Origin: an uncultured Pseudomonadales bacterium
GTDB taxonomy: Bacteria > Patescibacteriota > Microgenomatia > UBA1400 > PJMF01
Reading direction: 5' to 3'
DNA length: 64,000 nt
NCBI GenBank assembly: GCA_964620965.1
Contig: CAZUHV010000003.1
Coordinates: 226,093-290,092 of the forward strand
Shown here: positions 29,691 to 42,430 of the stretch, piece by piece
Position numbering within the stretch: the stretch's first letter is position 1
How the letters are laid out: every line of letters begins with the position of its first letter
Program-made: the position numbers and the translations under genes
The notes under the pieces: generated by a model
Told to the model about the DNA's origin: nothing
Seen by the model: the letters and a program-made list of their open reading frames with translations, nothing else
Database searches by the model: none

Positions 29691-31010
29691 ATGAAAGATC
29701 AAATTTTTAAATTAATTGAAGAAGAGCTACAAAGACAAAAGGAAATGATTGGGTTAATCCCTTCGGAAAACATTGTTTCTCCAGAAGTTTCTGAAGTTTT
29801 GTCTAGTTGTCTATCAAATAAATACTCAGAAGGCTATGCGGGAAGAAGGTATTATGAGGGGAGCCAAGTTGTTGATCAAATCGAGCTAATGGCAATTGAG
29901 CGCGTTAAAAAACTGTTTGGCGTTCCATATGTGAATGTTCAACCATACTCTGGATCTCCAGCCAACATGGCAATTTATTTTGCGTTGATGCAACCAGGAG
30001 AAACTTTAATGGGATTAAAACTTGCAATGGGAGGGCATCTTACTCACGGGCACCCAAAAGTGACCGGTTCGGGAAGGTTTTATAACTCTGTTCAGTATGG
30101 TTTGGGAAGTGACGCAAGAATTGATTTTGCTGAAGTGGGAAGGCTAGCATTAGAACATAAACCAACTGTGATTGTTGCAGGAAACACCGCCTATCCATTT
30201 GAGTTAGATTTTAAAAAGTTTAGAGAGATTGCTGATGAGGTTGGAGCTTGGTTAGTAGCGGATATTTCTCATGTCACAGGGCTTGTTGTTGCGGGAGAAC
30301 ATATGTCTCCGGTGCCATATGCAGATGTCATCATGACTACAACTCACAAGACATTTAGAGGTCCAAGAGGAGCAATGATTTTGGTTTCTGATCGTGGACT
30401 AAAAAGAGATCCAAAACTAGGTACAAAAATTGATTCTGCAATTATTCCAGGACTTCAGGGTGGACCACACAATGCAACTACTGCTGCAATCGCAATTGCT
30501 GCCGCTCAAGCTGCAACACCAGAATTTAAGAAGTATGCGAAGCAAATTAGAGTAAATGCTCAGGCGCTTGCAGCAGCCCTTAAGAAAAAAGGCTTACAGC
30601 TTGTTGGAGGTGGAACAGAAAATCACTTACTTTTAATTGATTTAACTCCATATGGAGTTGGATTTGGTACACAAGCAGCCTTTGCTATGGACGTAGCGGG
30701 AATGTATGCCAATAGAAATACTGTTCCAGACGAGCAGGGAAGCCCATTTTATCCAAGTGGTGTTCGTATTGGTACACCGTTGGTAACTACCAGAGGAATG
30801 AAAGAACCAGAGATGGAAAAAATTGCAGACTGGATTTATAGAGCAATAGATGCAGTAAAGAAATACCAACTTCCAGAAGATAAAAAAGCACGAACAAAGT
30901 TTCTTTCAAAGTTCAGAAGTGATGCACTGCAAAATACAGAATTGCTCGCTATTAGGGAAGAAGTGAAAGCACTTACAAAAAATTTTGAGATGTTCTGCAG
31001 TAAGGTTTAG
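29691..31010 (+). CDS. glyA: Serine hydroxymethyltransferase
   Basis: PLP-lysine region TTTHKTFRGPRG, the SENIVS N-terminal region and the GQQGGP-equivalent (GLQGGPHN). ATG at 29691 (the listed ORF starts at an upstream TTG). Confidence 0.9.
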   Translation: MKDQIFKLIEEELQRQKEMIGLIPSENIVSPEVSEVLSSCLSNKYSEGYAGRRYYEGSQVVDQIELMAIERVKKLFGVPYVNVQPYSGSPANMAIYFALMQPGETLMGLKLAMGGHLTHGHPKVTGSGRFYNSVQYGLGSDARIDFAEVGRLALEHKPTVIVAGNTAYPFELDFKKFREIADEVGAWLVADISHVTGLVVAGEHMSPVPYADVIMTTTHKTFRGPRGAMILVSDRGLKRDPKLGTKIDSAIIPGLQGGPHNATTAAIAIAAAQAATPEFKKYAKQIRVNAQALAAALKKKGLQLVGGGTENHLLLIDLTPYGVGFGTQAAFAMDVAGMYANRNTVPDEQGSPFYPSGVRIGTPLVTTRGMKEPEMEKIADWIYRAIDAVKKYQLPEDKKARTKFLSKFRSDALQNTELLAIREEVKALTKNFEMFCSKV

Positions 31011-31015
31011 CGAAG

Positions 31016-31759
31016 TTAAGCTTTTGAACGTTTATACGCTCTAATTTGAATGAGGCCGCTGGTTTTGTGGATTTTCTCTTTAAGAATAGGAGTAGTGTTT
31101 TTGTAGAGTTCAACTTTGTGTGTTTGCTCAAGTAAATCGAGTAGTTTTTTAAGAGATTGAGTAGCATGAGTATGAAATTCAATATGCATTTCTTTGATAA
31201 GATGTAGAGAGTTTTTTGCTTCAAACAGTACTTTTTGTTCTGAACCCTCAATGTCTAGTTTTAGAAAATCAACTGGTTTTGTGACAAATTCGCTCAGTGT
31301 ATGTGTTGAAACAGTGACGCTGGTAGTTTTTTGAGAACCAACCCAAGATCCTTTATGAAAGCTTGCTGTAGAGTGCCATTGTTCGTTGGTTTCGTCTAAA
31401 AAGAGCTGTTCTTGGCCGGTTTGTTCAGAAAGGGCAGCCTGTATTGTGGTGACACCTGTAATTTGGTTTTCAAAGATATTTTTTTCAAGAAGCTGAAAAC
31501 TGCCTGGATTTGGCTCTATGGCAAGGATCTCAGCTCCAGGAAATAACTGTTTAAAATACAGTGTTGAGAGTCCAATGTGGGCTCCAGCATCAATGATATA
31601 CGGGGTAGGGTTTTCTGTTTCGAAATAGTAGCAGTCAGCAGTAAAAACTTCGCGCTTGAGCGTATGATACTCTTCGGAGTTATTGTAGTAGATAGTATAG
31701 TTTTGAAGGCGACTATTTTGCATTGTAGATAGAGCTATTATATTGGATTGCTTCAGCAT
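31016..31759 (-). CDS. FkbM-family SAM-dependent methyltransferase
   Basis: FkbM signature region (IIDAGAHIGLSTLYF...AIEPNP...LKLDIEGSE). Confidence 0.65.
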   Translation of the reverse strand: MLKQSNIIALSTMQNSRLQNYTIYYNNSEEYHTLKREVFTADCYYFETENPTPYIIDAGAHIGLSTLYFKQLFPGAEILAIEPNPGSFQLLEKNIFENQITGVTTIQAALSEQTGQEQLFLDETNEQWHSTASFHKGSWVGSQKTTSVTVSTHTLSEFVTKPVDFLKLDIEGSEQKVLFEAKNSLHLIKEMHIEFHTHATQSLKKLLDLLEQTHKVELYKNTTPILKEKIHKTSGLIQIRAYKRSKA

Positions 31760-32369
31760 TGTGTGGCAACTTTAGTTCTCCAAGCATGTGAAGCAGTGCA
31801 GGGATGTAACCCATTTTTTGTATAATCATTTCAGTCTCATGTAAGAGCTGAATTTGATGTGTGCGCTCAGTTTCTTGTTTTATGTGTGCTCGAGCACGTA
31901 GTAATTCTATTTCAGTTGAAATTAAATCTAAAATCTCTCCATGATCTTGAAGTGGTCGGTATGAAGTAACAGGTATTCCTAGATTTTTTCTTTTTCTATA
32001 GATATGAAATTCGGCAGGGTCAGCAACCGTACCAGCTAGCTCTCCGGTGAGCACTAAGTAGGTTGACTCATAAAAAGAATACGTTGTGCTTTTACCAAGT
32101 GATAGTCGCTCACTAAGGGATGTTTTTAAAATTCCCGTTGCATCAAGTGTTTTATCTGAATTATAGCTATAAATAAGTAGAGGTCTTACTACTTTTTGTT
32201 CCAGTTTTTTGTTCTTCTTTGAAATTTTATTGAGAAGAATAAGAAATGATAGAAATCTATGCTCAGCATAGGTACAAGCGGGTGAAGGATAACGGTGTTC
32301 CTTAGTTTCAGTATCTCGTACCCACCAAAGTTTTGGTTGTACTATTTCCGTATGACTAGTTGTTTTCAT
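31713..32369 (-). CDS. Hypothetical protein (218 aa), no recognisable motif
   Basis: Long ORF co-directional with the FkbM methyltransferase and overlapping it by 47 nt. No SD. Function unknown. Confidence 0.4.
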   Translation of the reverse strand: MKTTSHTEIVQPKLWWVRDTETKEHRYPSPACTYAEHRFLSFLILLNKISKKNKKLEQKVVRPLLIYSYNSDKTLDATGILKTSLSERLSLGKSTTYSFYESTYLVLTGELAGTVADPAEFHIYRKRKNLGIPVTSYRPLQDHGEILDLISTEIELLRARAHIKQETERTHQIQLLHETEMIIQKMGYIPALLHMLGELKLPHNAEAIQYNSSIYNAK

Positions 32370-32513
32370 AAAAGGTAAATTATATCACAATATTGAAATT
32401 ATTGGGATATAAAAATATTTTTTTTCTAATAAATTGATTCTGATTTGGTTGAATGAACTATGTTTGATAGAATAAAAAATACGAAGTTTTATAGAACAAA
32501 AAAAGGAAAAAAT

Positions 32514-33374
32514 ATGGATAGAAAAATTGGGGCACATGTTTCTGCGAGTGGAGGATTAGATTTAGCAATAGAAAGAGCACATGCTATTGGGGCAAATTGC
32601 GCCCAAATTTTTTCCGGAAGTCCGCGTGTTTGGAAAAGAAAACCTTTAGCTGAATTTGATGTAAAAAAAATGTTTTCAAAAATTGATGAATTAAATGTTA
32701 AACCAATCTTTACTCACTCGCTCTATTTGGTTAATTTAGCAAGCGAAAAGCCAGATTTACTACGGAAAAGTTTCGATGTTTTAAAATATGATTTAGAGTT
32801 TGATAGCTTAATTAAGGGTTCGGGCATCATTGTGCATTTGGGAAGCCACACTGGTAGAGGTTGGGACGCAGTGAAAGAACAGGTCTCGCAGCAAATTGCA
32901 GAACTACTCAAGTTAACCCCAGATGATTCAACTTTTTTAATTGAAAATTCTGCAGGGCAGAGTGGGAAACTTTGTAGTGATCTGGCAGAAATCAAGTGGT
33001 TGCTTGACAGAGTGGCAATTGGTTCTTCTAGACTAGGCTGGTGCTTTGATACTTGTCATGGACATGCTGCAGGTTACAGTTTGGGTAAGGAACCAAGATC
33101 TCTAACAGGAAAGCTGTTGATTGAAGAAATCACTAAATATAGCCTCTGGGATACTTTAAAGTGTATTCATGTGAATGATAGCAAAGATACTTTTGATTCT
33201 GGAAGAGATCGACATGAAAATTTAGGAGAAGGAAATATCCCTACAGAAGATTTGCGCTACTTTTTGAACTACGAAAAAGTAAAAGAGATACCTCTTTTAC
33301 TTGAGGTACCAGGATTTGAAGGCACTGGTCCAGATGCAAAAAACGTTACATATTTAAAAAGTTTGTGTGAGTAA
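32514..33374 (+). CDS. nfo: Endonuclease IV (AP endonuclease family 2, TIM-barrel)
   Basis: Nfo motifs HSLYLVNLAS, HLGSH, ENSAGQ and CFDTCH. AAGGAAAA SD before the ATG at 32514. The listed ORF start at 32460 would add 18 aa. Confidence 0.85.
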   Translation: MDRKIGAHVSASGGLDLAIERAHAIGANCAQIFSGSPRVWKRKPLAEFDVKKMFSKIDELNVKPIFTHSLYLVNLASEKPDLLRKSFDVLKYDLEFDSLIKGSGIIVHLGSHTGRGWDAVKEQVSQQIAELLKLTPDDSTFLIENSAGQSGKLCSDLAEIKWLLDRVAIGSSRLGWCFDTCHGHAAGYSLGKEPRSLTGKLLIEEITKYSLWDTLKCIHVNDSKDTFDSGRDRHENLGEGNIPTEDLRYFLNYEKVKEIPLLLEVPGFEGTGPDAKNVTYLKSLCE

Positions 33375-33437
33375 ACACAGTATTTTTTTGTATTCAAGAA
33401 AGAATTATTCTTCTTCTTGAGATATACTATAGTTCCT

Positions 33438-34421
33438 ATGATTATTTTTGATGGAATTGCGTCAGCAAAACTGCGTGAAGAAAAATTAAAAGAAAAAATG
33501 AGTCAGCATATGTCTGACTCTAAACCTGTAATTGCTGCTATTTTGTTTATTGAAGATGCCGGCAGTAGACTTTATACAAACCTCAAGAGTGAAGCTGCAA
33601 AACGACTTGGAATAGAGTACAGGGTTTTTGAGTTTTCACTCAAGGATAGTGTCGAGACAATACAAACAAAGCTCGAAGAGCTTGGCAGAGATCCAGAAAT
33701 AACTGGAATAATTATTCAAAAACCATGGAGAAAGACTTGGTTAAGGGCTCAGAATGAAAATTTTTTGAAAGTAGTTGCCAACCAACCAGATCCAAGACGG
33801 TTTGAAAGAGATCAATATGCATCATGGTGGACAAAATTAACCTCATATATTGAAGAAACTAAAGATGTTGATGGTTTACATCCTATTACCATCCAACAAA
33901 TCTCAGAGGAAAACTGGCAAGAAATGGATAAGGTTTTGCCTGCAACAGCTCAGGCTGTTTTGGACATTCTTGATGAGGCTTTTGAACTGATTTCAAGAGA
34001 ACTCAAACTTGAAAAGACCCAGCAAATCTTTAATGGAAAATATATCATTCTTGGTAAGTCGGATTTGGTTGGTATTCCGTTGTTTTATGAGTTGAGAAGA
34101 CAAAATAAGGAAGTTGAAATTATCGCAAGCAAAGAACTTGAAGAAAGAAATAAGTCTGGACAAAAATTACTCGATGCATCTGTGATTATTTCTGCTACAG
34201 GAATTAAAGGACTAATAACTGGGGATATGGTTTCGGATAATGTTGTGATTATTGATGTTGGGGAACCACATGGAGATGTTGATTTAGAATCTGTAAAAAA
34301 TAAAGCTGCTTTCGTGACCCCTGTGCCTGGTGGAGTCGGTCCAATGACTGTTATTAGTTTATTGGGAAATTGTTCTAAGTTATGCGAATATAAAAGGCAG
34401 AGGGCTAAAACCCAGATTTAG
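33438..34421 (+). CDS. folD: Bifunctional methylenetetrahydrofolate dehydrogenase/cyclohydrolase, atypically long
   Basis: N-terminal MIIFDGIASAKLRE resembles the FolD start. C-terminal NAD(P)-binding and TPVPGGVGPMTV motifs are present. The central region carries insertions relative to canonical FolD of about 285 aa. Confidence 0.65.
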   Translation: MIIFDGIASAKLREEKLKEKMSQHMSDSKPVIAAILFIEDAGSRLYTNLKSEAAKRLGIEYRVFEFSLKDSVETIQTKLEELGRDPEITGIIIQKPWRKTWLRAQNENFLKVVANQPDPRRFERDQYASWWTKLTSYIEETKDVDGLHPITIQQISEENWQEMDKVLPATAQAVLDILDEAFELISRELKLEKTQQIFNGKYIILGKSDLVGIPLFYELRRQNKEVEIIASKELEERNKSGQKLLDASVIISATGIKGLITGDMVSDNVVIIDVGEPHGDVDLESVKNKAAFVTPVPGGVGPMTVISLLGNCSKLCEYKRQRAKTQI

Positions 34422-34447
34422 TTTCAATAGTTTTTTTTAAATCTTTG

Positions 34448-34456
34448 TGATACAAT
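34448..34456 (+). promoter_or_regulatory. Extended -10 promoter element (TGaTACAAT) for rpsB-tsf, with a leader of about 140 nt
   Basis: TG dinucleotide one nt upstream of TACAAT. A long leader is typical of S2 autoregulation. Confidence 0.35.
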
Positions 34457-34596
34457 ACACCTCTAGTAAAAAATATTTGCGAGCGAGTTGAGACAGAAGT
34501 CCTGAATTACTCACTTAATCGCACTCTTTGCAGATTTGCTACGTTGGTTTAAATAACCCAAGTACAACTGCAAAAACAGAGAGGAAATAAGGACGT

Positions 34597-35355
34597 ATGA
34601 AAATAGATTTTTCTAAACTTCCTAATTCAGCACCAGAGTATGACTTGATGACTCTACTCGAGGCTGGTTGTCACTTTGGACATCAAAAGGCTAAAAGACA
34701 TCCAAGAATGAATGAATACATCTTTGCTGAAAAAGATGGCGTTCACATTTTTGACTTGGCAATTACTGCAAAGCAATTACAAGTTGCATATAACTTTGTT
34801 TTTGATCAAGCTGTTAAAGGCAAGACCATGGTTATGGTTGGAACAAAGAAACAGGCGAAAGAATTGATTGAAGATGCAGCTAAAGAATGTGGAGCAGGTT
34901 ATATTACTTCAAGATGGCTTGGTGGTTTCTTAACCAACTGGTCTCAAGTCAAACGCTCGCTTAAAAGAATGCTTGATATTGAAGCAGGTTTAAAAACCGG
35001 TAAGTTTGATGGATACACCAAATTTGAAAAAGTTCAACTTGAAAAAGAAAGAATAAAATTATCTCGCTTTTTTGATGGTTTAAGAGATCTTAAAAAATCT
35101 CCAGACTTTTTGTTTGTTGTTGATATTAAAAGAGAAAAGAATGCTATTAAAGAAGCTCAGAGCATGGGTGTTCCTGTGGTAGCAATTGTTGACTCTAACT
35201 CTGATCCAGAAGGTATCGATATTGTTATTCCAGCAAATGATGACGCTTTAAGAAGTCTCTCATTCCTTATTGGTGAAATTAAAAAAGCTTACCAAGAAGG
35301 TCAAAAGGAAGCTGGCAAAGGTGGTAAAAAAGTAGAGGAAAAGGAAACAGAATAA
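34597..35355 (+). CDS. rpsB: 30S ribosomal protein S2
   Basis: LLEAGCHFGHQKAKRHPRM and the conserved S2 core. GAGGAAATAAGGA SD. Confidence 0.9.
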   Translation: MKIDFSKLPNSAPEYDLMTLLEAGCHFGHQKAKRHPRMNEYIFAEKDGVHIFDLAITAKQLQVAYNFVFDQAVKGKTMVMVGTKKQAKELIEDAAKECGAGYITSRWLGGFLTNWSQVKRSLKRMLDIEAGLKTGKFDGYTKFEKVQLEKERIKLSRFFDGLRDLKKSPDFLFVVDIKREKNAIKEAQSMGVPVVAIVDSNSDPEGIDIVIPANDDALRSLSFLIGEIKKAYQEGQKEAGKGGKKVEEKETE

Positions 35356-35822
35356 TGGCAAGTTACACTGCTCAAGACGTTAAAAAATTAAGAGAAGAAA
35401 CCGGTGCTGGAATGATGGATTGTAAAAAAGCATTAGACCAAGCAGATGGTAACTATGAAGAAGCAAAAGAGTTTGTCCGACAAAGAGGTTTAGCTATTGC
35501 AGAAAAGAAATCTGATAGAGAAACCAATGAAGGATATATTGCTTCATACGTTCACGCAAATAACAAAGTAGCTGCATTAGTTGAAATTCTTTGTGAAACA
35601 GACTTTGTTGCTAAGAATAGTGATTTTCAAGAAATGGCAAAAAATGTTGCAATGCACGTTGTCGCTATGAATCCAGAAACTGTCGAAGCGTTACTTTCAG
35701 ACCAATTTGTTAAAAACCCAGATATAACAGTTGAAGAACTTGTTAAAGGTGTTTCAGGCAAAATTGGAGAGAAATTTGTTGTTAACAGATTTGTTCGATA
35801 CGAAGTCGGAGAAGAAAAATAA
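35355..35822 (+). CDS. tsf: Elongation factor Ts (short form)
   Basis: N-terminal UBA-like TAQDVKKLREETGAGMMDCKKAL and the dimerisation core. The start overlaps the rpsB stop. Confidence 0.85.
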   Translation: MASYTAQDVKKLREETGAGMMDCKKALDQADGNYEEAKEFVRQRGLAIAEKKSDRETNEGYIASYVHANNKVAALVEILCETDFVAKNSDFQEMAKNVAMHVVAMNPETVEALLSDQFVKNPDITVEELVKGVSGKIGEKFVVNRFVRYEVGEEK

Positions 35823-35847
35823 TTGCAAATTAATTTAAAAAGAGAAG

Positions 35848-35879
35848 GGCCCCGAAATCTGAAAGATGAGGGGCCTTTT
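35848..35879 (+). terminator. Terminator-like hairpin after tsf
   Basis: ggcccc...ggggcc stem with a 16-nt loop followed by tttt. Confidence 0.4.
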
Positions 35880-35920
35880 CATTATTTTGGGTCCGTTTTT
35901 TTGCAAAAAAATATGAATAC

Positions 35921-37597
35921 TTACTTCAATTTATATAAACACTTTTCTTGTGCACAGCTAATGAGTTGTAGGGCAGGTTGCAACTGTACCTGTTCTTTTA
36001 ATTTGGTTCTTGATGGTGCAAATATTTCTCCATGTTTGAACGAAGAGAGATTCATTTCGTCAAATAAGTCATAGTGGATTATTACAAGCTCGATATCTGC
36101 TTCTTTAAAGAGGTGGATAGTTTTGTTACTTGGAAACTCACTCCAAATAAGCGTATCGATATCATATTCTCTTGTTGGTGGAGCAAAACCACTGACTCCG
36201 TTGTATAGTTTTTTTTTATGAACTAATTGGTACAGCAAACGATCGTTTTCAAGGTATGCATATGGTGCCATTGACCAAGTAAATATCGGCAATTCAACAA
36301 GGTTTTTTTCTTGACGTTCCGCAACTTGCTCATATATTTGAGGGTGTTCGAGTGGAATAGGGTAGAGGTCTATACTTTTTTTACTGAACAGATACAAAAG
36401 AACTAGAATAGTAACAAAAAAAAGAATTTGCGATTTTTTATTTAGTTTTGTATGAGTAAAGAAATAGCCAAAAAGTATTGAAAGTCCAAAGTTAAATAAA
36501 ACTATCCATCGTGAACTATCTCTAAACGCTTTAAATCCTGGAACAATATAATACAAAACAGCATAGGGTAAGGGAATAGGAAGTGTTTCAAATAATTTGT
36601 ATGTTGCTCCATGTATTTTTAAAACGGGTCCTAATGAAAGCAGTGCTCCAGTTAGGGTGATTGCAATAATTGTGCTAAAGGACAGTATAGAGTTAGTTGC
36701 TAATTGTTCTTTTGTTTTCTTTTTTTGTGTAATGAAAAGTATTGTAAGAGCTATATAAAAGAGAATTTTTTCAAAGCTGAAAAAGTACTCAAAATTTTGA
36801 GAAAAATGAGCTGTATCTTGTATTGTTCTTACGTACATAAATGTTTTTGAATTTATAAAGTATGGCACATATATTGGTAATAAAAATATCAAGCTAATTG
36901 TCGAATAATATAAAATCAGAAATTTATTTTCAACAATTCTTAATTTCCATACATTCATTTTTTTTGAAATAAAAATTGAAACAAGTAATGGAATAAAAGC
37001 AAAAATGAGGAAAAATCCTGACATTGGAGAGTTGAGCATTTGGTATAAGAATCCAAAAAATACTAAGAGTAGCCAATACCAAGCATCAGTTTTGAGCCAC
37101 TTTATAAAAAAACAAAGTGTGAGAGGCAGACCGGCTAATAAATAAGATTGTAGGTGAACAATATAGTGTAGGTGCATTGATGAAAAGGTAAAAAAGAGGG
37201 CAGTGAGATGTGAAGCTAAAGTTGAAAACTTTAACTCTTTTGCAAGTAAATATGCAGAGATATACATGATCACTGTCCCAAAAAACAGATGCAGATTACT
37301 AATCAAAATTGGATTATTAGTGAAGTATAAAAATGGAATTGAGGATAGTGCAGTTGGAAGGAATGGATCAGAATAGGTAAGCGTATTTAAGTATGGGTAG
37401 AAAATTGGTAGGTTAAAGATGTTTTTTCCTTCGGAAATAAAAGATGCCACTGTATAAATTGTCCATGAAATAAAAACACCATCAGCTCTAGAAGCCAAGT
37501 GCGTTGAAAGAGTTTGTAAGACCGGGAATAAAAATGCACAACTAAAACAGAGTGCAACCATAAAAACGAAAGCGAGCTTAGATACTTTTTGTTTCAT
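35921..37597 (-). CDS. Large polytopic membrane protein (at least 12 TM helices, soluble C-terminal domain), possibly a glycosyltransferase-C/YfhO-like glycosyl or oligosaccharyl transferase
   Basis: 558 aa and very hydrophobic, with a C-terminal globular domain of about 130 aa. No catalytic motif recognised, so the family assignment is inference. Confidence 0.4.
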   Translation of the reverse strand: MKQKVSKLAFVFMVALCFSCAFLFPVLQTLSTHLASRADGVFISWTIYTVASFISEGKNIFNLPIFYPYLNTLTYSDPFLPTALSSIPFLYFTNNPILISNLHLFFGTVIMYISAYLLAKELKFSTLASHLTALFFTFSSMHLHYIVHLQSYLLAGLPLTLCFFIKWLKTDAWYWLLLVFFGFLYQMLNSPMSGFFLIFAFIPLLVSIFISKKMNVWKLRIVENKFLILYYSTISLIFLLPIYVPYFINSKTFMYVRTIQDTAHFSQNFEYFFSFEKILFYIALTILFITQKKKTKEQLATNSILSFSTIIAITLTGALLSLGPVLKIHGATYKLFETLPIPLPYAVLYYIVPGFKAFRDSSRWIVLFNFGLSILFGYFFTHTKLNKKSQILFFVTILVLLYLFSKKSIDLYPIPLEHPQIYEQVAERQEKNLVELPIFTWSMAPYAYLENDRLLYQLVHKKKLYNGVSGFAPPTREYDIDTLIWSEFPSNKTIHLFKEADIELVIIHYDLFDEMNLSSFKHGEIFAPSRTKLKEQVQLQPALQLISCAQEKCLYKLK

Positions 37598-37678
37598 TCT
37601 TATTCTTTTCTATTTTAATTTTTCTTTTGGAATATACCAAATAAATACGTATTGCTCAATGTTGTATAGTGTTTATGT

Positions 37679-38533
37679 ATGGCAAAAAAAGAGTCAAAAG
37701 AGCATATAAAAAAGATCACACTTTTAGGAATTCCTGTTGGGAAACTAATGGCTTGGCGATCGAAGTTTCCAAATGATGAAGTAAGTGCACAAGGAATTGC
37801 AGAGGCAGCAAAAATTATTGGCGATGATCCAGAAGGAATGGCAGTTTTATTTGCACACTTGGGTTTGCTTGACGCATTTGGTACTGTGGCGGTTATGGAA
37901 CGGTTGCTTCCCGAATTTAAAGCGCTTTTTCCTGCAGCAGGATCTTTTTATCATTTTCCCATTTTGAACTCAATTTTTGAAAAACTAAACAAACAGTTAC
38001 CATATGAGTTTGCACCTGTGTTTAGAAAAGAAGATTTAGGAAAAATGAAGCTCCATGTAAAAGTAATAGATTTTTCTGGTTTGAGCGGTGAAGAAAAAAA
38101 ACAAGCAAATCAGAGATATTCAGTTGCTGCATCAGAAACGTTGCGTCAGCAAGGGGGGATTGTAATGTTAAATCCTTATGCTGGGAGAGCTCCAAAACTA
38201 GAATATTTTAGAGGAGGTCCACTAAAGTTGATTCAAACTGGAAGACCAGTATTATTAAGTTTTACAATTTGGAACTGGAAAAAGTTAAAGTATGACGTGT
38301 ATTTTTCTAGGGTTATGAAGTTTGACGAAAACATAACAGCACAAGAAGCACACGAGCAAATATTTGCAGAATACATGAGGATGGCTGATTTAAGTGGAGT
38401 TTCAGAAAAACAAGTTTTGGAAGCAAAGAGTGGCACGCCAACGGGAAAAATTATTTGGGGAGCTATTTCTTTAGTGCTCACAGCGTATTTATTGCGGGTT
38501 GCTAGTAAAAGAAAAAATCAGCAAAAAAATTAG
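37679..38533 (+). CDS. Hypothetical tail-anchored protein
   Basis: 284 aa soluble domain followed by a single C-terminal TM helix (IIWGAISLVLTAYLLRV) and a basic tail. Confidence 0.4.
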   Translation: MAKKESKEHIKKITLLGIPVGKLMAWRSKFPNDEVSAQGIAEAAKIIGDDPEGMAVLFAHLGLLDAFGTVAVMERLLPEFKALFPAAGSFYHFPILNSIFEKLNKQLPYEFAPVFRKEDLGKMKLHVKVIDFSGLSGEEKKQANQRYSVAASETLRQQGGIVMLNPYAGRAPKLEYFRGGPLKLIQTGRPVLLSFTIWNWKKLKYDVYFSRVMKFDENITAQEAHEQIFAEYMRMADLSGVSEKQVLEAKSGTPTGKIIWGAISLVLTAYLLRVASKRKNQQKN

Positions 38534-38584
38534 ATCTCTAAATATAACGGTGTTATACTGAATATCAACAGAAAGACCTGCTTT

Positions 38585-39871
38585 ATGAAAATTGTTAAAA
38601 TTTTTGCTGATGAAATCCTTGATTCTCGTGGAAATCCAACTGTAGAAGCAAAAGTTAAATTAGAAAATGGTATGTATGGTGTGGCTTCAGTCCCAAGTGG
38701 AGCCTCAACTGGTTCCCATGAAGCATTAGAATTAAGAGACGAAGAAAGCAAAAGATATTTGGGCAAAGATGTGCAACAGGCAATCGAAAACGTGAATACG
38801 TGGATTGCAGCGGAACTTACTGGAATGGAAGTGACAGACCAAAGAGCAATCGACGAAAAGATGATTGCGCTAGATGGTACTGAAACAAAAAGTAAGTTAG
38901 GTGCTAACGCAATTCTTGCAGTTTCGATGGCTGTTACAAAAGCTGCAGCAGAATCTTTAGAAATGCCTTTATATCAATATGTTGCACGGCTTTTTGGAAA
39001 TTCAGAAACAGAGTACACGATTCCTATTCCAATGATGAATGTTTTAAACGGTGGTAAGCATGCGATTGGCTCAACAGACATGCAAGAGTATATGCTAATG
39101 CCAATTGGAGCGCCAACAGTGGAAGAAGCAGTCCGTTGGGGATCTGAAGTTTTTCATATCATGGGTTCAATGCTTAAAGAAAAAGGGTTTCAAACAACAG
39201 TAGGAGATGAGGGTGGGTACGCGCCTTCCTTAAAGCATAATGAAGAGCCATTTCGTTTGATGATTGCGGCAATTAAAGAAGCTGGGTATAAGCCAGGTGA
39301 AGAAATTGCGATTGCACAGGATCCTGCAGCAAGTGAGTTTTATGAAGACGGAAAGTATCAGTTGAAGACAGAGAGTAGAGCACTCACAAGTTCTGAAATG
39401 GTTGCTTTATATGCAGACTGGATAGAAAAATACCCAATTGTTTCTATTGAAGATGGTTTGGCAGAAGACGATTGGGATGGATTTGTAGCATTAAATAAAG
39501 CGATTGGAGATAAAGTTCAGTTAGTTGGAGATGATTTATATGTGACTAATGTTGAGCGTCTCAAAAAAGGAATTGATCTTGAGGCAAGTAACTCGATTCT
39601 TATTAAGTTAAATCAAATTGGGACTGTAACAGAAACTATCGATGCAATTCGACTAGCAAAACAAAACAGAATGACGGCAATTGTTTCACACCGATCTGGA
39701 GAAACTGAAGATACATTTATTGCCGATTTTGTTGTTGGAGCAGGGACTGGTCAAATAAAAACAGGGTCGCTGAGTAGAAGTGAACGTGTTGCAAAGTATA
39801 ATCGGTTGATGAGAATAGAACGCGAGCTTGGCGAGCGTGCTCATATGGCGGTGTTTCCGTTTAAGAGGTAA
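38585..39871 (+). CDS. eno: Enolase
   Basis: Enolase signature [14 protein letters not shown], the SHRSGETED motif and the N-terminal VEAKV domain. Confidence 0.95.
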   Translation: MKIVKIFADEILDSRGNPTVEAKVKLENGMYGVASVPSGASTGSHEALELRDEESKRYLGKDVQQAIENVNTWIAAELTGMEVTDQRAIDEKMIALDGTETKSKLGANAILAVSMAVTKAAAESLEMPLYQYVARLFGNSETEYTIPIPMMNVLNGGKHAIGSTDMQEYMLMPIGAPTVEEAVRWGSEVFHIMGSMLKEKGFQTTVGDEGGYAPSLKHNEEPFRLMIAAIKEAGYKPGEEIAIAQDPAASEFYEDGKYQLKTESRALTSSEMVALYADWIEKYPIVSIEDGLAEDDWDGFVALNKAIGDKVQLVGDDLYVTNVERLKKGIDLEASNSILIKLNQIGTVTETIDAIRLAKQNRMTAIVSHRSGETEDTFIADFVVGAGTGQIKTGSLSRSERVAKYNRLMRIERELGERAHMAVFPFKR

Positions 39872-39885
39872 AAGGACAGAACCTA

Positions 39886-42406
<2,521 letters not shown>

Positions 42407-42430
42407 ATTCTGTTTCCTCTATACTCATAT

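Noticed and set aside
35823-36074. 83-aa plus-strand ORF after tsf
   Set aside because: It begins inside the tsf terminator hairpin and runs antisense into the 3' end of the large membrane-protein gene. No RBS. Judged spurious.
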